The notes beneath the pieces were generated by a model. The model was not told where the DNA came from and made no database searches. It saw only the letters and a list, made by a program, of their open reading frames with translations. A program made the translations under genes and the position numbers. From Dicyema japonicum (taxonomy: Eukaryota > Animalia > Dicyemida), in assembly GCA_011109175.1 (NCBI GenBank), contig RDEW01000012.1:1153220-1217219 (forward strand): a stretch of 64,000 nt of DNA, in the 5' to 3' direction. Positions within the stretch are counted from its first letter, which is position 1, and each line of letters begins with the position of its first letter. Below are positions 38,661 to 51,399 of the stretch, one piece after another.

Positions 38661-39904
38661 TGTTTATTGTTAAAAAAATTTTTTTAATATAAAATTAATT
38701 TCCATCTTGAAACTGTCACTCGACGAACCATGTTGTCAAAAAGATCCTCATTCACCAACCAAAAATTGAGTTCTAAGGTTATCCTTCTGCTATGAAATTG
38801 GTAAATCCGAAACATCCATATTTCAAAACGACTGGTTTCAAACGTCTCCCGAGTCTATTAAGAAAGGTGACGAGAGTTGTTGCTTGCAACTACAGCAGGT
38901 TAACCACATGAAAACTATTGTGTCAACGAATATCTGCGGATCTTCTTTTCCTCGAGATATTCGGGTAAACCTGACGTGCCTCCGATGTGGTCACCACGTG
39001 GGTCTCAACGCCTTCCTATATTAGACCAGGCAGACAAAGCCGCCACTCTGCCCTTCATGTACACGGGACAGATCACATTTTCTAGTGTCCTGACACGCCT
39101 TTTGTGTCAACCTTTTAGATCTCTGGGAACTTCCGCTATTGGTAGTCACGTTTTTGTTTGCCAACTGTGTCATTCACTTAATGCAAAAAAATTTTTTATA
39201 CTAATTTTTTACAAAAACAAAAATTGGCTATTTCGTCTCTAAACTTTAAGAGAAATCAGATCGAAAAGTTAACCGCGTTCATCGAGATCTCTGAGCGGGT
39301 TAAGATGGCCACTGAGCAATTTTTCAGATTTTTACACTTTTTTCATTGATTTGGTTTTATTGTTTAAATTTTTTAATAAGTTATTAGAAAGTTTCCCACG
39401 TTTCTGCAAAGAGCTAGAAAACCATTTGGAAAAGTGGTTACCAATGTGGAAGAATGCCTATTGGTCTTGAAGAAGGACACTCCGATGTGAGGAGACATTT
39501 TAGGAAAACAGTGGGATCGTTGATAGACAACTCGAGGAGAATCTGGGGTTACTAGCTACTTGTTATATATAGTCTTGGTCCATGTTTGGTTTTTTGCCGG
39601 AAATGGGATTTTCATGAGTGTTCTTTGGAGATCAGTGGAGGTTTTCCTTATGTATCTGCGGTTACTGGATTCAAGTAATGGGTCAAGCGATTTTCTGAGA
39701 TATTGTAAGCTCCTTGTTCAAGATGGTCACCCAAAGACAGAATTTTTGACTCCCGATATATGTGCCTAATGGGATATGATTTTTATATCTCTCAATTCTG
39801 AACTTTGAACCTGCTGCAGCTTTTTTATGAGGGAGAGTGATATACATGGACCCCAACTTGGGGAGGCATAATTCAGTGTCGTCTTGATGAATTGCTTGTA
39901 CAGG

Positions 39905-40195
39905 AGCTTTAGAAACTCATTTTCAATGACCAACTACTGCTCGAGCGATGTTTGATTTTCGATTTGTTCGACGTGCTTGTTAAAGCAGAGTTCGGTACTT
40001 TTTTCTCTTCTGATCCTCGAACTTGCTTAGAAGCATGACCTGGGTCCGAGACTATCGGAGAGTACGTATCAACACACGTAGCGTCCCAAACAAGGTTCCG
40101 ACCATTAACAAAGGGGAATGATGTCCTCCCGTTTGCCATTGCCCTGGTTACTCTTCGTGGACATAAATTCGGACGGACTGCATAGGACAATTATG
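39905..40195 (-). mobile_element. CRE-like RLE fragment
   Basis: FPFVNGRNLVWDATCVDTYS, the RLE core of CRE-type elements. Confidence 0.7.
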
Positions 40196-42139
40196 ATTTT
40201 CGATAGAGAACCCCCATATTGAACCTAAAAAGTTTTATTATTCAAATTTGGGAGTTATTACAAGTGAAGATACTCTCTGGTATTAACATGAAACAGTATA
40301 GCACCACCTCTTCTCTTGTCCGGGTCCACCTTTGAGTTCTTTGCCGCATCGAGTGTACCTGTTAGATCTCAAGAGCGTCTGCTCTTGGTTGTGACTGTCC
40401 TACTAGCCACGGCTTCCTTCACTTAAGGGTACCGGGGGTCAATAAATGGAACCCTGGACGATCAAAACTATTTAATACATGACCCAGCGAGTGTGGTTGA
40501 GTCTTCTTTATTCACTCCTGATCCCTTCCGGTGGCTAACAGGGAAGTAACTACCAAAATTTACCAAGCAAACTATTCGTTAGTTACTTGGTATAAGAAAA
40601 AGTTAGGTCTTTGGCTAAAAAATAACAGTTTTCTCCGCGAGCAGGAGACCCACGTGAAAACTGTAGTTGGCTCTGGTTCAGAGTTAGTTAAATGCACTCC
40701 CGCGTTACCCATATGCTTAGGGTTCCGCTTGTACTCTTCACTATCCGCTCTACAAGTTTTCTCCATGTAACTTTCCTTCTTGCACGTCTCCCCAGTTCAT
40801 CGATGAATCTGTGATGAGGTCTCCTGTTTAGTGTTCGAAGCGACTCCTCTGACGTTGAAGGTTGCAATTGTAAAGGGGTAGACTAGACAGACTGAGAGTA
40901 CGATAAAGACAACATTTTTAGGGAGGTGCTAGTTAGTTACCAACCCCTACTTCGCTACCTCGATGAGGCCGACTGTCCTCAGGCGTCCACAAGTCTCTGA
41001 GGTTGGCAGGGCTCCTAAACAAGATAACTTCTTGTAGAATCAATTGGTTTGAACGGAAGAAGCTAAGACCCAGATTCGTCATTTAGGAGGAAGTGTGGGA
41101 GGCCCATCCAGTAGACTGTTCCAAACTAGTCTTCGGATTGCTTTGGTAGAGACGTAATCATAAATAATCTTTTACTGAAGAAAAACATTATTTTTAAAGA
41201 TTTAAAAAAATATCCACCGTTTTTAAAGACATAAACCAAAGTTTCCAAAGCTTCAAAAGAAGTTGGTAGAATGGATAGAGGTAGTAGTGTCTAAAGGTAT
41301 TTTTCGAAAAATCAATTTATAGGTGGTTTTCTGAATGATACCTTAGTATCTACCAAAGTCGTATTTTTTGCATTAATAAAAATTCTTTATAAGATTCAAA
41401 AAATAGTGAACAAGAATCGGAAAAAATAAGACCTTAGACAAAAAGATATTGTAGTTAAATTAACTGCAACGGAGACTGAGCTCTTATCTAATGTTGAGAA
41501 TGAGCAATGAAATTTTGTTCAAGAAAGTACAAATCGAGTATATTGAAGTTAGGATTTAAATTTTAAATTTAATAATATGTTTTTTTTATTTAAAAATTTT
41601 TCTAAAAAATTTTGTTCACTTCTTTAAAAATATTGATTTTATTTTTTCAAATTGACCACTTCACAATTTGTCCTCGAAATTCCAAGGAACCAAAAATGGC
41701 CAACTTGTGAAGGTCGACTGTATTTCATAAATATAGAGGATTAATATGTGTGGTGGTGGTGGATTATTATTAATCCTGAAGTGAGCACAAGGATTATAAT
41801 ATTAACGAAAAATCACTCAAACCACAATAAATGGCATATGAACTATATCACAGATGACTCACAATAATTAATTAACATTACATGACTCACCTACTTGATG
41901 CCACACTTGCATAAAGTGGTGAAAAAGCAACCATGGATTGCGTCCTATCTTGCTCTTCTTCTGTGACATTGGGAGTTTATTTGCTGACTTTAATTTCCAT
42001 TAGAAATGTGATTTGTTGAGTTATTTCAGCGAAATTGACGTAACAATAATAATCCTAATCCTAGGATTCACTAATAGTATTAAGTTTGTGCCCAAATAAA
42101 TTTTATTATTCTTAGCAACACACACAGAATCATATTAAC

Positions 42140-42365
42140 ACCATACACGTGCAGCTTCTGACAGATGATCCCCCAAGTTTTCCCAATCTTGGGCAGGATG
42201 AGATTCGCACCCGGATATTACATACATCTGACACTCCCTTTGTTCAGAACTCCGAGTTTCCGTCACCTCTCCCGTTCACATGAGAAGGAAGACAAGGGCT
42301 TTCATCCAACATGAAGCAGGTAGTCATAGAAGGACCCACCAACTAAACTTTACGACCAATTACCA
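42140..42365 (-). mobile_element. SINE-like family D
   Basis: Shares GTTCTGAACAAAGG...GGATCATCTGTCA...TGCACGTGTA with 47500-47730 (+), 57220-57350 plus 58863-58930 (-), and 58930-59060 (-). Confidence 0.6.
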
Positions 42366-42478
42366 CATGAATTATTTTATTGTTCTGAGTTTTGTATAAA
42401 ATTTTATAAATAAAAAATTAAGTTTTTATTAAATTAAGTTTTTATTAAGTGTTAATAAATCAAAAAGTTAACAAGAGT

Positions 42479-43671
42479 TCACAGTCCGTTTTCATTGGTT
42501 TCCTCAGAGGTATCAGTCACCTTCTCTTCTTCATCGAATTCATTGGAACTCCCAGTAGGCCTTGTAGAATCTGAATTATTGCCATAAGCATAATTATTGT
42601 TGTAGTAATAGTTTTGTCCCACCGAGGGGAATCCATTTTCCATGTACGCGTATGATTGATCGAATTGTTGGAGAAACTGCATGTGATCATTTCCGTGGTA
42701 GTAGAAAATTCCTGGATTGTACCACACATTTTCAGTGTCCCCCATTCCAAAGTTAGACATCATGTGATCTCTGTATGTTCTATCATACTCATTCATGTAC
42801 TCATAGTCCCCTTGTCTTATTTCATTTTGAAGAGCCATGTATGCTGAATCAACGGATGAGAGCCGGTTTACACTTTTGGTTGGATTGCCTGATGAATGTC
42901 CAGAATCCCGGCTTGAGGAGACTTTTTGAATATGCCTATCTTTGGCTCTTCTGTTTTTGAACCACACTTGAATTCTCGATTCAGGCAATCCAATTCTTTC
43001 CGCCGCATCTTCTCCGGGCAAATATAGGTCGGATATTTGTATTCTGAAAATAAACGTTCGAGGATCGTCAACTGATCCCGAGTATACGTGGTTCGCTCTC
43101 TCCTCTGTTTTCTCACATATCCTATTTCCTATTAGCTCAGAGACTAACCTCGCTTTATGCTGTAATATGAATTATTCGGCGATCCATTTTCTCTACTAAA
43201 ATATTTATAATTCAAATTTTTAAAAATTTATAAAATTGCATAAAAATTAGCAAAAAGTGAAATGAAAAGATTTCGTAATACAAAGCTGATAACTCACCCC
43301 CAGCCATTCCAGCAGTTCCGGTCATTTTTGCAAAACTCGAGCGGTCGCCTGGCTTTTTAAATTTTGAAAAATACGTAGAAATGGCGTCTTTGTCGATTTT
43401 TCATTTGCGAGAATTGGGAAGTATTCTTGACCATAATTGTCAATTCTTTCCATTGTATTCCAAACAATTTGTATTTGTCTGACGGAATATGGTGAAAAAA
43501 CGTGCTCAGAGAATGAACTAGGTGATTCAAAATATACACGTGTTCGTCGTTATAAACAATTGTATTGAGTTCTATGACATTCGACTGGAATGTTACTCGG
43601 TCCCTTGAATCAATGGATCTGCTCCAACAGACCACAGCAAGACCGGAAACAGGGAAAGCCCGACACGTCAT
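42479..43671 (-). CDS. Otx: Otx-class (K50 paired-like) homeobox gene with one frameshift inside the homeodomain
   Basis: GYVRKQRRERTTYTRDQLTILERLFSEYKYP..EDAAERIGLPESRIQVWFKNRRAK; phase-1 27-nt intron at 43122-43148 before GY; upstream candidate introns 43196-43297, 43353-43374, 43518-43539 and 43572-43596 join to ATG at 43671; frameshift within 43013-43029. The homeobox call is firm; the 5' extent is a model. Confidence 0.85.
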
Positions 43672-44059
43672 AGAGTCCTTCCCTTGGCTTACTTAATGAA
43701 TAAATTAGTCATATTTCAAAACTGACCACAGTTAATTTAATCCGCAAATATTAGTTTTTATCCGCTTGGCCTTAATTAACTTAGTTTTGGCTATGACTAA
43801 ACGTTAATTTAATTTGTGTTGTCTCCCACAGTAAATTGACTCAATCCTAACGCATTGTCCATAGTTTGGATTAATTATGATTCCGGCTTTGTTAAGCTTA
43901 TTAAGAAGCAATATATTGGATTTTAAAAAATAATGAGAAAATACAATATTTCAAATATAAATTTTGTTAAAAATTCAGATAATCATTTCTGGATATTCTT
44001 GAATATTCAGAGAATCGAAATTGATTCCATTCACACTGATGGATATTCTTGAAAAACCA

Positions 44060-44200
44060 GGAGGTTCCGGGTTCGAATCTCGCTGCTGTCTATTCGGTTG
44101 AAGGTTCCACGGATTATGGTGCTTCTGGGTTGACGAGTGACTGTCATCAGTGTTTCAACACTCCGAAACCGGATTGTCTTCTGGAGTCAATGCCTTAGCG
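44060..44200 (+). mobile_element. tRNA-derived SINE (family B), copy 2
   Basis: GGGTTCGAATCTCGCTGCTGT...TTGACGAGTGAC...TCATCAGTG shared with 20963-21135. Confidence 0.7.
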
Positions 44201-44468
44201 GCAGGACTGTAACCATTTTGGATACGAAATTTCTGAACATTATAAAAGTCAGGATTTTGGGGGATAAATACTGTGTTAGATCCTTTTTGCGCTTTCCTCT
44301 GATTCCTGACACGTTTAGCTAGCAAAACCACTTTGATCTGTGGTCTCAGAGATGGTTTGAAAGCGAAGAAAGAAGTAAATCTGTTGAGCCTTTCGGTAGA
44401 TTAAGAAGATACGCCATTGGAACCATAATCCAAAATACCGTCCAATATGGGGGTGATAAGAACGGAGT

Positions 44469-46073
44469 GCGGAAAAAAAGTCAAGCGGAAAAAAGTCAAG
44501 CGGAAAAAAAGTCAAGTCCGTAAGGGGAAAAAAAAGTCAAGCGGAAGAAAAAAAGTCAAGTCATCTTTTTTTAGTTTATATCGCATTTTTTTGATACTAC
44601 TAGCATCTTTTAATTTTTAAAAAATTTTCAATACTTGACTTTTTTTCCGCTTGACTTTTTTTCCGCTTGACTTTTTTTTCTATTTTTGAAAATTTTTCGC
44701 TTGACTTTTTTTTCTATTTTTGAAAATTTTTCCCAAGTCCGCTAACGAAATCACGGACTTGACTTTTTTTTCCGCTTTGGTATAATCGCTTTGACTAAAT
44801 CCATTAAGAATTTCAACAAGGTAATAATAAATTTTTTTCCCTAACAATAGCCAACGAGATACGTTCTCGGAACCAACTAGTCTCTCGCAGATCCTTGTCA
44901 CAGCTTGAATCATGGAGCCGATCTTACGAACCAACTCATCTGCTTGGGGGCCAAAGATTCCTAGTATAATAAAATTGACTCGCGTTTTATCGATAGTGAT
45001 CGAGACAACTGGAGGAATAAGGGAAAATCGCTTCGCTTCTTAAAGAACTTGGACGCTTAGCTACACTAAAAGCCACGACGCACGTGAGACCGGGTGGCTA
45101 CTCCAGTTGATCTCTGTTGCAATCGTGAGAGGCAACGCAACGTCGATAATGTCGGCGGGTCCACTTTTGGATGGATGGCAGTTTTAAATATGCTTTACTG
45201 GGGATAAATTAACGAATTAACACTTAATAATTTTTACAAATTTAATAAAATTGACTTAACTTTTTTCGCTTTGGTTTAATCTTTTTGACTTAATCAATAT
45301 ACGGATTTTAAGTTGAATTTTCCCGAAAAATAAGAAAGAATTCTCACAATCACGAATTTGACGAAAGTCAAATAAAACTGATGAAATTGTGCAACGAAGC
45401 AAAATTTATTGCTAAAACGAGACTAGAAAATCCTTACAAATCTATTCAAAGGTTGTGTCTCAATGTGAAACAGCAACCAGAATTATTCTCCTTTCTGCAG
45501 ATCTTTCAAGAGAACACTAAGAAATCAACGCTTGTCTCTACATATTCCAAAAAATTATTTTCGATCTCGGAGATATTCCATTTTGTCTTGAAACTATTAT
45601 GAAGCAAAACTTATTGCTGAAACGAGTCAAGAAAATCCCTTACAAATCTATTCAAAGGTTGTGTCTCAATGTGAAACAGCAACCAGAATTATTTTCCCTT
45701 CTGCAGATTCTTTCAGCGAACACTAAGGAATCAACGCTTGTCTCTACATATTCCAAAAAATATTTTCGATCTCGGAGATATTCCATCGTCTTTATCTTTA
45801 ACTCTTGGTCCAGATTCAGAAAATTGATTTAGTCAAAGCGATTATACCAAAGCGGAAAAAAAGTCAAGTCCGTGATTTCGTTAGCGACTTGACTTTTTTT
45901 CCGTTTTGCGCTAAATTTCAAAATTTATAAGGGAAAAATTTTCAAAAATGGAAAAAAAGTCAAGTATTGAAAAAATTTTTTAAAAATTAAAAGATGCTAG
46001 TAGTATCACAAAAATGCGATATAAACTAAAAAAAAGACAACTTGACTTTTTTTCCGCTTGACTTTTTTTCCGC
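44469..46073. mobile_element. Long-TIR foldback/MULE-like element with tandem subrepeats and internal cargo
   Basis: Arms 44469-44801 and 45826-46073 are inverted copies built from GCGGAAAAAAAGTCAA units; the interior holds CRE 3' fragments (44835-44965 minus, 44990-45185 plus) and a ~190-nt tandem duplication. Confidence 0.85.
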
Positions 46074-47779
46074 TAAAATTTAGGAAGCTTGAATAGTCAT
46101 ACTGTTTTCCTCTGACAGTAGCAGAATGCTCTCTAAGTTATCCAGTCTCACGTGGATTCGTGACCCTTTGGACCATTGAGCCGATCCGACGGACTAGATC
46201 GTGGACCATTTATTAAACTGCTGGGAAAACCAAAGAAGGCGATTGAACATGCAAATGGATTAAATTTGAAAAGGAAGAATACCAATAAGAGATGTATTAC
46301 TCCACATGCAGTCACGTGTGCAGTAGGTGAAGGTTTTCAACGGAGATATGTGGCGTCTCATTAGCTCAGTTAGAAAATCCAAATTTCTGCGTTAGAAGAT
46401 CCAAGCCTTGTTTACTATTAATTTTTCCTTACTCACGTGGGATGACTTGGAACATCACATTTGTGGGAATATACCAGAATGTTTCACGAAGAGATAAAGA
46501 GCTTAAAGAAAGGATCATTAAAAATTACTTTCGGTTAGATTTGAAAAAATTCTATGAGAATAGCACAAGAGGCCCATTGGATTGCTTGGAAGCCAATGAG
46601 TTTTGATTGGACCGCGATAACATGGTCCAATTCAATAGTGACCCAAAAACGTCTCTTAGAAAATATTGTTGATATCTTTCCACTTGGCCTTGACCCAATG
46701 ACTACATAATTTATTCGTTAACCCCGACTTTACAAATTTTGGTGAGCTTACCAGCACATACAGTTATAACTAATTAATCCATGGAAAGATCCAAAAGGTT
46801 AAACGTCTGCTTGTGTAGACCAAATCCATCCTCCAATAGTTTATTACAGGGTTCCGAAGTAGGTCCGCTATTTCCATTTTCATCACATGTCTTACCGGAC
46901 ATCACTTCATACTTGGGCAGAAGATTTTTCATAATGGTAATCTTCATTAGTGTAGTTTGCCAGAGAGAAAGTAGAAAGATCACTTTCAACAACTTTTGTA
47001 ATGCCAGAAGGATTCGTCATCTCACGGGTGAGATCTGGTTTACAAAAATTGACCCACGCTTAAAAGTCAATCTTTCGGATTCGAACCCAGCGCAGTCAGA
47101 TCCGATATCATCAGACGTTGTGTCCAGTCATGAAGGCCAATGATCAAATAGATGCTAAAAAAATTACTAATTTTTATTCAAAAAAAATAATAAATGTTAA
47201 AAAATGTCAACCTTGTTATAATAATGAAAAACAACCGGACGGGTTAACTGTCTTCCACTTCTGCTTGATTTAAGATAGGGCCTGCATCGGCACCTTTGGT
47301 AGTTCAGCGTTGAAAGCTGCAAAGGCTGCTCGTACTTTCAAGAATTTCAAGATAAAAAATATGACAGCCTCTCCACCAAATTCCATGTACAGACGAGCGG
47401 AGTCTATAAATTTTTGTGTTTAAAAAGTTGATAAATTCATAATTATCTTAAAGGTAAAAGTCCATTTTCTTAGTTTAAAAATTAAACAAATTTAATGCTA
47501 TGTCGCCACGTGGTTTGATTGGTAGAAAGCTTGAGGTGTTGACGTACCTTCTCGATTGATAAAAATCTCTCCTTTCTCTAGGAGGTGAATTCAGGAGATA
47601 ATAGAAACCCCAAGTCCTGAACAAAGGAAGTGTTGGATGAGGTTCCTGATTCAAATCTCTTCATGTCAAAAGTGAAAGAACTTAGAGGATCATCTGTCAC
47701 AAACTGTACATATAGGATGGTAGTTAATAAGGTTGTATGCTCTTAATATTAAGTTCAAGTTCTATAGGTATTTATCCTC

Positions 47780-48720
47780 TCTGACTTAATCAGCATTCGC
47801 TCTCAGGACAGCTGGTGGAGCAACTGGTTTTTAGTCAGGGAAGATTATTTATCCTTTTCGCCGCCGACACCAGCGTATGATTGCATCAACGCATTCTCCG
47901 ACACGCCACATCTGGTTCCCAAGGTACTATGTCATAGACAGCCACTTCAGTTCTCACATTGGCTGGGTAAGGGAGCGTCGCCATATAAACATTGAAAAGG
48001 GTGGGGCTCAATACCGACCCTTTTGGAACTCCTTGGTTAGATCTAAACAACTTGATAGGCAACCTTTATGCTTCATGTAGTACATCCGGTCTTCCAAGTT
48101 ATCAGCTCCAGGAGTATTCCTGTCTCCACTGGGAGCATCGGAGGCAGTCGTGCCAGACCGAGTCTAACTCCCTATCCACATCAAAAACTGCGCAACTAAC
48201 CACTGCTTCATCATATTTTGCCTGCGGATCTGAGAGGTCAACCTCCAAAGGCAATCACCACAGAATCGCCTCTCAAGGAACCCCACTCGAAGGTCCGAAA
48301 GGGAGTATTTTATTATGCATTCTTGTGATAACCTCTGGTGTATCACTTTCTCTAAGATTTTAGCGACGGCAGGCAACAGGCTAATAGAGCAGTTTTCCGG
48401 AGGTTTTCCTGGTTTCTTTACAAAAACTATCCAACGCCTAGGAACGTTACCCAGCATGAGGCTACCGTTATACAATCTTACCAGTCCCCCAGTAGACTTA
48501 TCGGAGGTGCTTCAATAGGTCAATCGAAATTTTGTCCTGACCCGGCTGTTTGTTCTTTGACTTCCGTATAGCAGCTAGTACCTATTCCATGGCTATTACC
48601 TGGAAAGAAGTGCTCCCACTATCTTCCTCTCGTAGTAGGGAAGATTTTCCTCGTACCTACACTTCGTCCGATTTCGCATAAACTTTTTTCTAAGTATTAT
48701 TTTACTCAAAATCAAGCCTC
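47780..48720 (-). mobile_element. Jockey/I-like RT fragment
   Basis: SISLLPAVAKILEKVI; DSVWHD; QGVPKGSVLSPTLFNVY. Confidence 0.7.
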
Positions 48721-49170
48721 TTCAGTTCATTTCTTGAGCATGCCCAGGTACCAGCGTTATACAGTAGTATGGGTTTCACTAGCGAGTTGTATAATCGAGT
48801 TTTTTGTCATAATGTCAAGGCCCTTTTTGTGGAGCCAGGTGTTCTTTAATCTGGAGAGGGAAGTTTGTGCTAGGGTTTTCCTTCTTGTAATTCTTCATGG
48901 TCTCCAAGGAGGGAGCCAAGCTTTTTGCACTTGCGCCAGTATTTCCTCCGTCCTTGTTTCTTCCCTCTTGAGTTCATTTACCTCACTCTTGTCTGGATTT
49001 ACTGTTAGGAACCATTCGGCTATTCTTCCAGGCACTTCTTTCCATCAAGCGAGTGAGCGGTATTTTGTCGTTTGAAACAAAGTCTACGTCGTCAGCATAC
49101 GCAAAAATGTTTGTCTTTCACCCATTATCGGTTTTGACTCACGTAAAGCAGCTTCAAGGTATATGTCACA
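48720..49170 (-). mobile_element. RTE RT fragment
   Basis: FAYADDVDFV...CKKLGSLLGD, same family as 1480-3930. Confidence 0.75.
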
Positions 49171-49789
49171 GGCGCTACGCGTTACACTAGTGGACTTAAA
49201 AAAAATCAGAAAAAAAATTTTTTGATTTAATTTATCAAATTAATATATATAATTTGACCAAACTAGTTCTAGTAGTAAGAATTTTTATGAATTTTAGAAT
49301 TTCTTACATTATAATGATTAAAGAACTTCTTTAAATATAAGTATATAAATAACAAAAATAATTTTGTTAACAATTATTTTTTACTATATATAAAACAATT
49401 CTTAAGTGCTTCTGCCATAGTTTTAAAGTTAGTCCAATCTAAAAAAAACTACGAAATAATCTGATTTGTGTCTTTAAGGTACAACCTCCGATCGATAAAA
49501 AATTATTTGATTTTTGAGTTAATAGGTATTTTTTGTCTTGTCATTAGATCGACGATCCCTTCTCTTCCATTATTTTCATCTATAATCAATTTATTCTTGG
49601 GTTGTTTTAACGAAAGATGGAGCAATCAGCTTAAGTTTATAAAACACGCCTGTATTATGCTATTTAAAATTTAAAAAACTGTTGCGCCTTCCAAAAATAT
49701 TTAAATTAGAATTTTTTTAATTTTAAATATAATAATTGAAAAAAAACAGTAGATCTTCCTTTCGGAATCCGTTGTGGTATAGCGACAGA

Positions 49790-51310
49790 AAAGTATCTAG
49801 GCGTCCTTCCATTCTTTGTAATGTTTATGTTCGCCAGAATTTTCCGAAGTGAATTCATAATATGACTGGACGGAGGTTCTCCACCTTAGCTCTTGTTTAT
49901 TCGCCTTCTGTACAGATATCAAGATATCCTCTTCCAGGGTGAGCGTGTGGCCATAATAGTACATTTCGTTCAAGATCCTAGCGATGCATTCATACAGCTT
50001 TTGGTTCCATATTGAAGAATTCACCTCCGAGTCCGTCAGGGCCAGGAGTCCTGTTGTTTTTTTAACTTGACTCGCAAGTTCAAACTTTCATATGGTGTGA
50101 TTTCTTCGTCCAATTTCTCGTTCTAGGATGATAGTGTCGTTCTTTGGATTAAAAAGATTTCCAATGTGGGCAGTGATAATTTCCGCCACTTCCCTTTGGT
50201 CCACAATCTGCGTTCCTTTGTCATCTCTTATCATTATCGTTTGATGGGATCTCTTTCCTTTTATCTGTTTAACAACCTCGTAGAATTTAGCGTTGTCTTG
50301 AGAGATTATATCTTCTTAATCTGGTCCATTACAAAATCCAGGATTTTCCGAGCGGCAAATCTGTAGGCATGTTTTCTAAGTTCTGCATCCAGATATTCTT
50401 TGAATGCTAGGGCCCTTCTGATTGACTGAATAAGGATTTCCAAGTTATAATGCCTAGAGTTGATTCTGTGGTTTCAATTAGTACTTCCAAGAGTCTAGCA
50501 ATAACCATTTTGTGGTCGCTGTCGATAATCGATCCACCATAAGCTCGTGCATCAAGTATAATCCCTCGATCTTTTTGCCTCCATATGATATAGTCGATCT
50601 GGTTGTACATATTTATCACTCGCCCTTCGGGATTTGTTCTGTGTCCCGACCACGTAGATTTATGTCTGGCTGGATGCATGAAGGCTGTATTGCATAAAAA
50701 TAGGTTGTTCGTTTGACAGAAGTTAGCTAGTAAAGTTCCCGGGAGATTTCCCCTACCATGCCTTCCCATGTCTCATCGGTCGTAACCTGAGTGCCAGCTT
50801 TCGCGTTTAGGTCTCTGCGATCATTACTAATGTTGAGAGAGCATATTTGGAGAAGACGGCAGAAAGACTGGTGTAAAAGTCATCAATCTCCTCAGGGTTT
50901 TTATTAAGCCATCCACTGTGAGGGGCGTAAACGTTTATTATAGGTAGGTATTTCTTCGACGGGTTGAGGTCATCCAGTTTCAATTGCAACACCCCGATGC
51001 AATTGAAACTCTGTATATCGGAAGACTCTCCTGGATAGATCATTCCTGACGGAAAATCCTAGCCCATAGTGCTTGTTTCCACCTGGAAGAAAGATTAGTC
51101 GAAAGTTCCCATGTGTTCACAAAATCCGTAGATTATTTGGTCTCCTGAAGGCAGGTGATTGAAATCCTGTATTTTGAAAAATCCTCGACCAGTTCCTTCC
51201 GTTTCCAAACGCTAGAGAGTCCCTGACGTTAAACGTGAGAAGGGAGAAGTCCAATGGCTTTGATACTGTGTTTTCCAGACATTAAGTTCAAGAGCCACGT
51301 CACCAGCTCA
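49790..51310 (-). mobile_element. RTE LINE 5' portion (APE endonuclease)
   Basis: IINVYAPHSG; GRHGRGNLPGTLLANFCQTNNLFLCNTAF; NQIDYII; DSDHKMV. Confidence 0.85.
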
Positions 51311-51399
51311 ACCAAAAAAAATCTTATCAGAAATATATTTTGTAAAATTATATTTAAATAATAATAGTTATTAATTTAAAAATTATATTTAAAAAATCA

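Noticed and set aside
15670-43170. In-frame TAA/TAG codons in DCTN2, TOMM20 and Otx suggesting stop-codon reassignment
   Set aside because: The TOMM20 and Otx cases vanish with alternative micro-intron boundaries, the DCTN2 case lies among other frame breaks, and TAA terminates INTS4, DCTN2 and DSTYK.
44469-44720. Short tandem units as a CRISPR array
   Set aside because: No unique spacers and no cas genes; they form a TIR in eukaryotic DNA.
47040-47125. CTGATGA...CCGAAA on the minus strand of SINE family C as a hammerhead
   Set aside because: Extra bases before stem II, no stem I, and the homologous copy at 37820-37990 lacks CTGATGA.
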